Below are positions 8,431 to 17,500 of a DNA stretch of 64,000 nt, in pieces. The translations under genes were made by a program, and so were the position numbers. The stretch is from an uncultured virus (IMG/VR IMGVR_UViG_3300048599_000797) (lineage: Duplodnaviria > Heunggongvirae > Uroviricota > Caudoviricetes). The DNA lies in IMG/VR virus record IMGVR_UViG_3300048599_000797; one strand, 5' to 3'. Numbering within the stretch: the first letter of the stretch is position 1; each line of letters opens with the position of its first letter. Under the pieces are notes generated by a model. The model saw only the letters and a list, made by a program, of their open reading frames with translations, was not told the origin of the DNA and did no database searches.

Positions 8431-9312
8431 CTAGTCCTTCCATTTCATGGCGGCCTGGCGGAGCCGGTGCCGGGCCTCCTCCTGGCGAGCCACGGCGGCC
8501 TCCCAGAGCTCCTCGTCCCGGTACTGCCGCACCGCCTGACGCACCAGGTCGGCCAGCACGGCCGGCTCCAGGGCGTCGAGCTCCCAGCTCTCGTCGCCGT
8601 GGACGCGGATGTAGCCGGCGTAGCGGCTATCGGTGGTCTTGGCCGGGTTCGGCGGCGGGTTGTACTCGTCGACCTGGTCCCGGTTCAGCGCCAGCCGCTG
8701 GACGCGGATCTCCGCCTCGCTGTAGAGCTCCAGCCGGTCGGTGATGTCACGGGTCATGTCGATCCCGCTGGGATCGTGGTCGCCGAAGTGGAGCACGATT
8801 GGCGTCTGGCCGGCCTCGAGGTAACCCATCAGCCGGCGGCCGGCAGCCCACACCTCGCTCTGGCTCGTGTAGCCGCGGCAGGAGAACAGCGGCACGTCCT
8901 CGTCGCGACAGACGCCCTCGAACACGCCGACCAAGGCGTCCTTCTCCACCCAGACCTCGACGCGGTGGCTCTGATCATCCCAGAGGTGATAGCGGAACTG
9001 GCGCGAGCAGGCCTCGAGGATGTCTTTCGGGCTGTCCCAGTGCGGCTGCTCGCGCAGGTAGCGGGTGCGATCCTCGATCGCGTCCCAGTCCACCAGGCCG
9101 GCGTTGCGCGCGTCGGCGATCACGGCGCCCAGTCGCTTGTACTCGGTCTGTTTGTTCGGGATCAGGTCGCGCGCCACGAACTGGTAGTAGAGCTGCCGCA
9201 ACGTGAGGCTGAACCCCTGGCGCTGGTACTCGGCGATGATCTGGTTGGCTCGCTTGATCAGGTCGATCGAGCCGTTCGAGAACGATTTCGGCACGTAGCA
9301 GATTTTCGGCAT
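8431..9312 (-). CDS. Topo VI-A/Spo11-like winged-helix plus TOPRIM protein
   Basis: LTLRQLYY; VWVEKDAL; RGYTS; FGDHDPSG; WELDAL. Confidence 0.8.
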   Translation of the reverse strand: MPKICYVPKSFSNGSIDLIKRANQIIAEYQRQGFSLTLRQLYYQFVARDLIPNKQTEYKRLGAVIADARNAGLVDWDAIEDRTRYLREQPHWDSPKDILEACSRQFRYHLWDDQSHRVEVWVEKDALVGVFEGVCRDEDVPLFSCRGYTSQSEVWAAGRRLMGYLEAGQTPIVLHFGDHDPSGIDMTRDITDRLELYSEAEIRVQRLALNRDQVDEYNPPPNPAKTTDSRYAGYIRVHGDESWELDALEPAVLADLVRQAVRQYRDEELWEAAVARQEEARHRLRQAAMKWKD

Positions 9313-9354
9313 GTTCGGTTCTCACTCCTTGCATGCGTGGGTGGTGGTGGGTGG

Positions 9355-9702
9355 TTAGCAGCCGCCGTCGTCGGGCAGGTGGTCCACGTAGGGGCTCTGG
9401 TACCCGCAGCCGGCCACGTCGGACGGCGTGAATCCGTACTCGATCTGCACCCAGGTCTGCGCCTCCTCGAGCGTGGGCCACTCGCAGAGGAACTTGCGGC
9501 ACTGCTGGCCGGCGAGGACCGAGGTCCGCGGGTAGCGGGAGTACTCGTACACGCCGAAGGCCTGGCGGCAGTAGGTCTCGCCCCGGCTGGGGAATTCGAT
9601 GCGGATGTCGGGGCTTTTCGCCGTGCGCGGCGTGGGGGCCGGCTTGGACTTGCGGCGGCGAGCTCCGAAACAGCTGTTGGGTCGGCGATGGAAGCATCCC
9701 AT
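9355..9702 (-). CDS. Hypothetical protein
   Basis: GGAG RBS; in leftward operon. Confidence 0.6.
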   Translation of the reverse strand: MGCFHRRPNSCFGARRRKSKPAPTPRTAKSPDIRIEFPSRGETYCRQAFGVYEYSRYPRTSVLAGQQCRKFLCEWPTLEEAQTWVQIEYGFTPSDVAGCGYQSPYVDHLPDDGGC

Positions 9703-9722
9703 GGCGGTCTCCAGGTTAATGG

Positions 9723-10049
9723 TCAGGTGCTGGACGCGGCGGCCGCTTCCGCCTCGTCGAGCTTCTGCAACTGGCGCAGCACGAGGTCCGTCTCCGCTTC
9801 GATGTAGCGGGGTACCAAGACCTCGGCCAAGCGGCTGCGGAGTTTGACGATCGCTTCTCGCACGGTCAGATTTGCAGGTCCGCCGTCGACCCGCATCATG
9901 CTGTCGCTCGTGTCGCAGTGTTCTCCGGCGACGAATTCGAGCAGAGGGTCGATCGCGGCGTCGAGCTGGGTATTGAGCCGTTGGGCGGCTCGGCGGTTGA
10001 TGCGTTCCTGCAGGACTCCGAGGGTGGCCTTGGGCGTTGCGTTGGACAT
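9723..10049 (-). CDS. Hypothetical protein
   Basis: GGAG RBS before ATG 10049. Confidence 0.6.
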   Translation of the reverse strand: MSNATPKATLGVLQERINRRAAQRLNTQLDAAIDPLLEFVAGEHCDTSDSMMRVDGGPANLTVREAIVKLRSRLAEVLVPRYIEAETDLVLRQLQKLDEAEAAAASST

Positions 10050-10066
10050 GGTTGTCTCCAGGTTGG

Positions 10067-10264
10067 TCAAGCGGGCGTTTTGGTGAGCAGGCGGTGGGTA
10101 ATGACGCCGCGCTCTTTCGTGCGCACCAGGGGGAACGATCCGACGGGTTCTTCGCGCGTGGCCTCGCGGATCACTTCCACAACTGTCACCGGCCGGAAAC
10201 AATCTCCCCAGCGTTCGTAGATCACCGCGTCGGCTTTCAGTGCGAGGGCTTCACGTTTACGCAT
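10067..10264 (-). CDS. Hypothetical protein
   Basis: AAGGAG RBS; first gene after the leftward promoter. Confidence 0.55.
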   Translation of the reverse strand: MRKREALALKADAVIYERWGDCFRPVTVVEVIREATREEPVGSFPLVRTKERGVITHRLLTKTPA

Positions 10265-10306
10265 GACGTTCTCCTTGATTGCTGTCGATTGCACCCTTCT
10301 TGCCTA

Positions 10307-10405
10307 ATTCTATCCATCGGCGATTGTCCATGCAAGGATGGACAATGAAATATTCCACCTCAGCGTGGACAATGACTTGACGGGCTACGAGCTACGGGGT
10401 ACGAT
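10307..10405. promoter_or_regulatory. Divergent promoters with TGGACAAT operator sites
   Basis: Leftward TTGCAT-17-TAGAAT (10335-10307); rightward TTGACG-17-TACGAT (10377-10405); palindrome attgtccat-N6-atggacaat. Confidence 0.75.
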
Positions 10406-10424
10406 ACCCCGGCAGGAGGATGCT

Positions 10425-10697
10425 ATGGTAGGACGTTACCCTGATCGAGACCGTTTTCCTGACACGCTGGCCGGCCGGCTCGGCTACAATCTTCGCCGGC
10501 TGCGAATCCAGGCCGGCCTATCGGGCCGGGAGGTCGCTGAGGCGGCGGGATGGCAAAAGACCACCTGGTACCGCTTTGAGGACGGGCGGGCCAGCACGCC
10601 CAGCCTGGGCGATCTGGAGCGGGCCGCCCGGGTGCTCGGCGTCGACCCCTCGCAGTTCTTTCGCCGCGTTCCCAAACGCCATCGGGAGGCACCATGA
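10425..10697 (+). CDS. XRE-family HTH regulator
   Basis: NLRRLR..AGLS..EVAEAAG.....W.R.E.G...PS...L...A..LGV; AGGAGG RBS. Confidence 0.9.
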   Translation: MVGRYPDRDRFPDTLAGRLGYNLRRLRIQAGLSGREVAEAAGWQKTTWYRFEDGRASTPSLGDLERAARVLGVDPSQFFRRVPKRHREAP

Positions 10698-11395
10698 AGA
10701 TCGACATTATCACCCACTGCTGGCGATATTCCCGGTGCCTGGCCTACCAGCTCTCGAGCCTCGAGCTCTGCCGGCCGCAGGCCTCGGTGCGGGTGGTGGT
10801 CGTCACCACGCCCGACGACCAGGAAACCAACCGGCTGATCGACTACTACCAGCAGCTCGCCGGCTGGGACGGGCCCGAGCTCTGCGTCACGCGGATGCTC
10901 CAGCCGCTGCGCTCGGTGCTGCAGCGGGCGATCGGCCGCAACAACGTGGCCCGAGAAACCTCGGCCGACGTGGTGTGGTTCGCGGATGCCGACCACTGTT
11001 TTGGCCCGGGCTGCATCGATGCCATCGGCCTGCTCCCGCCGGGCGTGTTTTATTGGCCAGGCACGGTGCTGCGGCATCGTTCGCACGCGATTGGCGACGA
11101 GTACATCCGCAGCGTCAGCGGGCCAGGGATCTACTGGATCCGCGACAGTGATTTTGAGCCAGTGAAGATGGCTCGCGGGATCGGCGGGATCCAAATCGTC
11201 GACGGCAGCACGGCGCGCTCGATCGGCTACTGCGGGGAGAGCCGCTGGCAGCGGCCGCTCCCCGAGGGCGCCACGAAATTCGAGTTCGGCAGCGACGTGG
11301 CGTATCGAAGAAAGTTCGACACGAAGATCGCGCTCAACCTGCCCAACCTGTACCGGATTCGGCAGACCACGAGCGGGGAGGTGGATTCGCTATGA
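10694..11395 (+). CDS. Glycosyltransferase, GT2-like
   Basis: GRNNVA....ADVVWFADAD; late SDV motif; ATGA coupled to XRE. Confidence 0.8.
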   Translation: MKIDIITHCWRYSRCLAYQLSSLELCRPQASVRVVVVTTPDDQETNRLIDYYQQLAGWDGPELCVTRMLQPLRSVLQRAIGRNNVARETSADVVWFADADHCFGPGCIDAIGLLPPGVFYWPGTVLRHRSHAIGDEYIRSVSGPGIYWIRDSDFEPVKMARGIGGIQIVDGSTARSIGYCGESRWQRPLPEGATKFEFGSDVAYRRKFDTKIALNLPNLYRIRQTTSGEVDSL

Positions 11396-11619
11396 GAATC
11401 GACACGCAAGAGCGGAGCTGCGAAACGTGCGCGTTCTTCTTCACGTACCCGAGCTCACAATTTGAGGGTGAGTGCCGTCGGTACCCGCCGGTCGTGACTC
11501 GCTTCTCCGGCCAGGGCGGGCCATACATCAGCGTGCTTGGTTCGTGCCAGTTTGCGCGGACCATCTCCACGGACTGGTGCGGCGAATGGCAAAGGAAACC
11601 CCAACCCGAGGCGACCTGA
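11392..11619 (+). CDS. Small Cys-rich phage protein
   Basis: CETC...GECRRYPP...DWCGEW. Confidence 0.7.
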   Translation: MRIDTQERSCETCAFFFTYPSSQFEGECRRYPPVVTRFSGQGGPYISVLGSCQFARTISTDWCGEWQRKPQPEAT

Positions 11620-11957
11620 TGATCGTGCTATTTGTGATGGGCCCGGCGGACGGGCAGCTGCGGGCGATCTCCGACCCCAGCCAGCTTACACAGGTGAGAA
11701 TCTACTTGCCGGCGCGGCTCGACCAAGAGCCCAGGCAGGAGGTCATTGAGTACCTCGTGTTCCACAAGCTGGAGGCACTCGGCGAGTTCTACCTCGCGGC
11801 GCCTAAAAACTGCACCGAGGCGCAGGCGCTGGCGGCGCTGGTTCAGGGCTACCAGACGTATGGCGATCAGGCGCGACAGGCGAGCTATCGCGAGGCATTT
11901 CACCCCGGCGACTGCCCCTCGTCGAAGCGCACGATATCCGCCGGATCGACGGCCTGA
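11619..11957 (+). CDS. Hypothetical protein, GPxDG motif
   Basis: TGATG coupling; paralogous to 5459-5755. Confidence 0.6.
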   Translation: MIVLFVMGPADGQLRAISDPSQLTQVRIYLPARLDQEPRQEVIEYLVFHKLEALGEFYLAAPKNCTEAQALAALVQGYQTYGDQARQASYREAFHPGDCPSSKRTISAGSTA

Positions 11958-12244
11958 CCGGGCAGGGCCGTGTAGAGCTCGATCAGGTCCGTGTCCTGCA
12001 GGAACGTCATCCGGTGCCGCAGGCCGGGGCGCACGGTGAACGAGTCGCCCGTGCCCAGCACGATCTCCGTCTCGCCGACGTCGATCCGCATCCTCCCCTT
12101 GCGCACCAGAAACGTGTTCGACTTGTGGCGGTGCAGATGGAGCGAGCTCGAGCCGCCGGTGCGGCCATGGCAGCGGACGATCTGCACCACGGCGTCGACG
12201 TGCAGGGGACTCGCCTGGCCCCAGAGATGTTGTTCAGGCGGCAT
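11900..12244 (-). CDS. Cupin protein (sugar isomerase-like)
   Basis: WG...SSLHLHRHK.NTF.V..G...LG.GDSFTV.PG..HR. Confidence 0.82.
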   Translation of the reverse strand: MPPEQHLWGQASPLHVDAVVQIVRCHGRTGGSSSLHLHRHKSNTFLVRKGRMRIDVGETEIVLGTGDSFTVRPGLRHRMTFLQDTDLIELYTALPGQAVDPADIVRFDEGQSPG

Positions 12245-12539
12245 CGCTGGACTCCTCTTCGGGTTCGGCGGCCGGCGCCGCAGCCGCGTGGGCCTTCTCC
12301 GCGGCCTTGCGGGCCTGCTCGGCGAGCTCCCGCTGCCGCTCCTGCTCCTCGCGCTGTTTGTTGAACTTGGTCAGGTCGGCCTTGAACAAGGCCAGCGCGT
12401 TCGGCATCTCGGCGTAGGGGAAGCGGTCCGTCGCCATGTGCAACCGGAGCTTCTCGCCTTCGATGACAAAGATCGCCACCATCTTCGGATGGGCGCTCGC
12501 CTCGGCCAGCCGTTCGGCGACCTGTTCCTGTAGTGCCAT
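12234..12539 (-). CDS. Hypothetical protein with coiled-coil tail
   Basis: Coupled ORF in tail gene run. Confidence 0.65.
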   Translation of the reverse strand: MALQEQVAERLAEASAHPKMVAIFVIEGEKLRLHMATDRFPYAEMPNALALFKADLTKFNKQREEQERQRELAEQARKAAEKAHAAAAPAAEPEEESSDAA

Positions 12540-12540
12540 G

Positions 12541-13596
12541 TTACTCGTCCTTGTTCTCGTACCAACCCCTGGTGTTGAGCGGCTCTTCGAACGTGGCCGT
12601 GGCTTCGGCCAGGGCCGCGTCGTAGCTCTTCTCAGGAAAACTCCAGAGCCGCGAGCCGGGCGTGCAGTTGATCACGTGGTAGTCGGCGGCCAGGAACCGC
12701 TTCTGGAGCTCGTCGCACATCACGCACATGTCGAAGAACTTTTCGTTGTTGGTGCGTGCGGCGCTGGAGGTTTTGCCCTCGTTGATCGCGTACGGCTGAT
12801 CGGGGCGCATGTAGAAATCCGCGCCCAGCAGGTACACGCGGCGGAAGCCGAGGAAGTAGGCCAGCTTTAAGACCACGAAAAACGTGTTCACCACGTGCGG
12901 CCATTTGTGGAACGCCGGCTCCTTGGAGCTCACGCCATTGCAAAACGTGGGCTCGCTGAGGAACCGGTCGGGATCCCAGTCGTAGTTCCGCGCGAAGCCC
13001 AGCACCCCGGGCATCGAGCGCGCGGCCACGCCGAGCTGCTTGCGGATCGTGCCGTCCGGCTGGCGGAAGCGGAGCGAGCGTTTCTGGCCGCGGCCGAGGT
13101 CCCACTGCGTGGCCGGCGTGAACTTGAGCACCACGCCCGGGTCGCGCCAGATCGAGTCGTGCATCTTCCGCGCGGGGTCGGAGTGGACCCAGATTTGCGG
13201 CCGCACGCCGGCGGGCAGGGCCCCGGGACAATTGTTCGCCGAGAGGATGATCACGCCGCGGGCGTTGAGCCGCGTGAGGTCCATCTGTTTGAGGCTCGGC
13301 CCGCCCATCACGGCGAACACGCTCGCGCCCAGGAACAGGTCGTGGACGCCGGCGGGTAAATCGTAGCGGTTGAGCACCGTGTGCTGGTAGGCGTCGGGCC
13401 GCGGCGCCGGGCGGATCAGGTTCGCCTCGTCGATCGCCAGCCGCGGCGTGGCGGCCTGGTGCTGTTTGCAGGCCAGGCAGTGGCCGAGCGTCGTTTGGGA
13501 CCGCCGCCAGCGGTGGCAGCGATACACGGGCACCTGGGCCTGACCGACTTCGCGGGTGCCCACCTGGCCGCCGAGGTGGATGCAATCGAGGTTCAC
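12541..13596 (-). CDS. DUF115/Maf-like (MptE-like) putative glycosyltransferase with N-terminal Cys domain
   Basis: AVMGGPSL...SANN...HSD; LAYFLGFRRVYLLGADF; VINCTPGSRL. Confidence 0.72.
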   Translation of the reverse strand: MNLDCIHLGGQVGTREVGQAQVPVYRCHRWRRSQTTLGHCLACKQHQAATPRLAIDEANLIRPAPRPDAYQHTVLNRYDLPAGVHDLFLGASVFAVMGGPSLKQMDLTRLNARGVIILSANNCPGALPAGVRPQIWVHSDPARKMHDSIWRDPGVVLKFTPATQWDLGRGQKRSLRFRQPDGTIRKQLGVAARSMPGVLGFARNYDWDPDRFLSEPTFCNGVSSKEPAFHKWPHVVNTFFVVLKLAYFLGFRRVYLLGADFYMRPDQPYAINEGKTSSAARTNNEKFFDMCVMCDELQKRFLAADYHVINCTPGSRLWSFPEKSYDAALAEATATFEEPLNTRGWYENKDE

Positions 13597-13630
13597 GCCG
13601 CCGCTCCCTGAGAATGAAACGCGGAGATTG

Positions 13631-14077
13631 TTACCCCTCCGAAAAAATCACGCAATCGAAGCCCAGCAGTTTTTCGTAATACGCGGCGCGCGGGTCGCAA
13701 TCGCGGATCCGCGTGCAGAGCAGGTGCTGGGCGTAGAAATGCACGCACCCCAGGCACGTGGCCACCCGCTCCGCGAGCTCCTCGGGCACGGCCTGGCCCT
13801 CGGCGGCCGCGTAGGCTTCGACCTTGGCCTGGAGCTTGGGGCCCAGCTCGGCCAGGCCGGCGGCGGCTTGGGGATCGTTGGCCACGTAGTCCGCCGAGGC
13901 CAGGCAGGGATACTCCACCATGTCCACCGTGGCGCCGTCGGGGATTTTGCGCAGCCGGCCGCAACGCCGGCAGCGGGCGCGGCCCGGCTCGTCGGTCGGC
14001 TCCAGCTCGCACAGCAGCCGGGGCCGATTCCCGGCCAGCCGTTCCCCCAGGGCTCGCGCTTGCGCCGCGGGCATCAT
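13631..14077 (-). CDS. Cys-rich hypothetical protein
   Basis: CRRC and CLGC motifs; coupled. Confidence 0.6.
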   Translation of the reverse strand: MMPAAQARALGERLAGNRPRLLCELEPTDEPGRARCRRCGRLRKIPDGATVDMVEYPCLASADYVANDPQAAAGLAELGPKLQAKVEAYAAAEGQAVPEELAERVATCLGCVHFYAQHLLCTRIRDCDPRAAYYEKLLGFDCVIFSEG

Positions 14078-14556
14078 AGCTGCACCGTGCAGATCGCGTT
14101 GCCGACATTGCAGTCGGGCGCCAGCTCGTCGTTCCAAGTCAGCTGCAGGGTCTGTCCGCTGCAGAAGAACGGTTGGTAGACCTCGTATTCCGTGTAGGTA
14201 AACATCATCGACGAATTGTCAAACCACACGTTGCACTGCCGGTAGAACTCCACCATGTCGTAGATGAACTCGAGGAAGATTTTAGTCTGCAGCCCGTAGC
14301 AAAAGTAACGCTCGATGGACGCCCAGTTGACCCAGGTGCAAACGCGCGTGCCCTCGTTGAGGCACGCGTCGGAGCGATTGGGGACGGAGTAGGATCCGTT
14401 GGCGTTGCTGCAGTTCACGCAGGCAGGATCAGCTGGCCCGGGATCGACTACGCCCGAAACCGTAATGGGAAAGGACGTCTTCTGGTTGCAGTTCGGGTCC
14501 AGGCACTTGCAGCCGCAATTGCACGGGCACCAGAAGCGATTGTATTGCGCGGTCAT
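14074..14556 (-). CDS. Cys-rich tail-associated protein
   Basis: WCPCNCGCKC N-terminus; ATGA coupled to the large tail gene. Confidence 0.65.
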   Translation of the reverse strand: MTAQYNRFWCPCNCGCKCLDPNCNQKTSFPITVSGVVDPGPADPACVNCSNANGSYSVPNRSDACLNEGTRVCTWVNWASIERYFCYGLQTKIFLEFIYDMVEFYRQCNVWFDNSSMMFTYTEYEVYQPFFCSGQTLQLTWNDELAPDCNVGNAICTVQL

Positions 14557-17500
14557 GGGCAGCTCGCGGCGAGGACGTAGAATTTGCGCTCGGCCTGCGA
14601 GTAGCCGATGAGCACGGTGGAATTGGTGGCCAGCGTCTCGCTCGTCTTGAGCAGCGCGTCGTAGACGGTGACGGTGACCGTGGGGGACGTGCCCGCCAGG
14701 TCCGCTTGCACGTTCCCGCCGCGGCTGAGCTGCGTCTTGAGCGTGGCCTTGTAGATCCCGCCGAACGGGCAGTTGAAATAGAACTTGTCCTCGTCCGTGG
14801 CGTACCAGATCACCACCTCGGTCCCGTTGGCCAGGGTGGCGCCGGTGGGAAAGCCGGCCCCGAACGCCTTGACGTCCACGCTGGCATCCAGCACGGTGAC
14901 GTCGACCCCCGCGTCGTCGCCGGCCACCTTGTTCCATTGGGCCTTGAGCGTGGCGCGGAACGTCATCTGCTCATTCCACAGCGCGGTGGCGACCCAAGCC
15001 TGGGCGCTGAAGTCGTACATCGCCATGCCCCACTGGTTCGTGCTGGAGCCCGTGGGGAGCTTGGCGAAGGATCCGTCGTCCTTGGGGATCGTGCCGCGCC
15101 AGCCGACGACTCCCGAGCCGGTCTTGGCAAACACGCCGCCGCCGGCGTTGTCGTAGTGGTAGAAATCGCACTGCGCCACGCAGGAGGCGTCTCCATCGTT
15201 GGCCTGTCCGCTGGGAAACTGCCAGGATCCGGTGAGGCGGAACGCGGCGAACAGCGTCCGCGGCTTGACCTCGTACACGCCCTGCGCGGTCTGCGAGCAG
15301 GCGTAGATATCCCCCGTGCCACCAAAGGGCAGACCGGAGCCGTCGGGTGACCAGTTGAGGGTCACCTCGATCTGCGCGGTGCTCTCCGACCCGCCGTAGA
15401 AGATCTTCGCCGTCGCCGTGCCCACGTTGGCGTGGTAGGTCCACTCGCCGCTGAGCTTCACCAGGCCGGACCAGCTCAGGCCGTCGATGATCTTCCACTG
15501 GTTCTCGCTGATATCGGTCGCCCAGAACAAGTGCCCCGCGGCGCCGGCAGCACACTGCACGTAAGTGCCGTCGGCCTTGCGCGGCGCTTGCACCCAGTAG
15601 AGTTGCACCGTCTGCTGTTCGTCGGGATCGGACGTCACGCGTTTCGCCTGGCAATACGGTGCGGTGGTGGTGCCGGACCAGGTCCAGCCGCCGTCGGTGC
15701 GAAACAGGCCCATGTGCTTCGCCGTCTGGCTGTCTTCGCTATCCTCGTCGCCGCCCGCATCGCCCTCGCGCGGAATGCCGATGAACACGAACGAGCTGTC
15801 GTCGGGAAGGAAACTCACGATCACCTGCGCGCCCTGGCGGAGCTTAGCGCCCTGGGCGAAGCCGTAGCCGAACGCCGAGACGTCGAACGATTGGCCGCCC
15901 GAGTTGACGGTCACCGCGCCGCTGGTGCCGCCGCTGGAACCCGAGCACTCCCAGTCGGACTGCATCGTCCCCACGTACACCGCCTGGGGATCGAACATCG
16001 CGACCACTTCCCAATAGCCGCCGTCGGCGTTGAATCGGGCGGCGCCCCACGCACTGCCGCCGGAGCCCACGGGCAGGCCGTAGGCGTTGCCGCTGCCGTC
16101 GAAGGCGCCGCCGCCCCAATACACGGTGATCGTCTGATCGCTGGCCCGGTATTGGCCGGCGGAGTACTCCTGCACGATCGCCGTGGCCGACCGCGGCCGG
16201 AGGCTACCCGACCAGCCCGAGGAGAGCTTGAACACCACGAGCTCGGTGCCGCTGGCGCCGCCGGTGACCACGTACAGATTGTCGTGCGTGCGCATCACGG
16301 TGTAGATCTGCCCCGCGGCGCCCTTGGGGTTGCCGGTGTATTCGCCGTTGTCCTGCGGCGCCGCCGGGTTGTAGATCGTCACCTCGTCGCTGGCGGTGTA
16401 GCTCGAGCCGTTCCAGTACATCAGGCGGGCCGAGGCCGACGGCGCGCCGCCGGAGTAATCCCAGCCCGAGCTGAGCCGGGCCAGCAGGCACAGGTCCCAG
16501 CCATCGATGATCTCCCACTTCCCGCCCATGCGAGCCAACACGTTGGGATCGCTCGACACGAACTCCGTGTTTCCGGTCTGCCACACGCACGCGAAGCGCA
16601 ACCCCGCGGCGCCCGCCACGGCGTGCAGGTACTTGCCGTCGCTGTCGCGCGGGCACTGCGACCAGTAGATCTCGACCGTGTCGCCATAGGCCTGGTAGTC
16701 GCCCGGTGGGTAGGTGGTCTTGCCCTCGTCGTCGGTGTCGCCGTGGGGCTGGATGTAGGTCAGTTGCTTGGCCGGGCAGTGGATCGGTTTGTCGTCGCTC
16801 TCCCACACGAACGGCCCGATGGTCTCGAACAAGTGGACCTGCGCCACGCTGCTGACCACGCGCCACTCCCCGAGGTCGGGAAAGTAGCGGATCAGCGCCC
16901 GCTCCCCCATGCGCAGCGGCGGCAATTGGCTGGAGGGCATGAACGCCACGCGCACCGGCGCGTACGTGTTGTCGTTGACGCGCATCACGCCGTTGCTGGA
17001 GCTGGCGATATCCTCCGCCGCCGAGGCATAGTACTCGTACTCGGTGAGCCACTCGGCGCCCGCGTCGTAGTCCTGGCTCTGGCCGCCGTTCTGGTAACTG
17101 CCCTGCCGCTGGATCCACGCCGGCACGTCGGTGATGCCGAACTGCGACGGCAGGCCACGGACCACGGTCAGCATCCGGTACCCGCCCGGGTTGTGCTCCT
17201 CGCCGGCGGCGCGGCGCTGCGAGCCGCAATGGTAGATCACGCAATCGTCGTAGCCGGTGAGCTTCCACGCGGCAATCCCCGGAAACGTGAACGTGTAGCC
17301 GCCGCACTGCCAACTGTAATAGGCCTTGGCCAGCAGCTTGGCGATCGCCTGCAGGCGGGTGTTGTTCCGCACGCGGGCCGCGGTGCGCCCGTCGAATGCC
17401 GGCCGGTTCGCATCGCACTTCAAATCTTGCGCGTCGGCGAACGCGCCGCAGCGGATGGTCCACGGCGCAAGCTGCGCCGTGCTGACCTTCGTGCCGGTGT

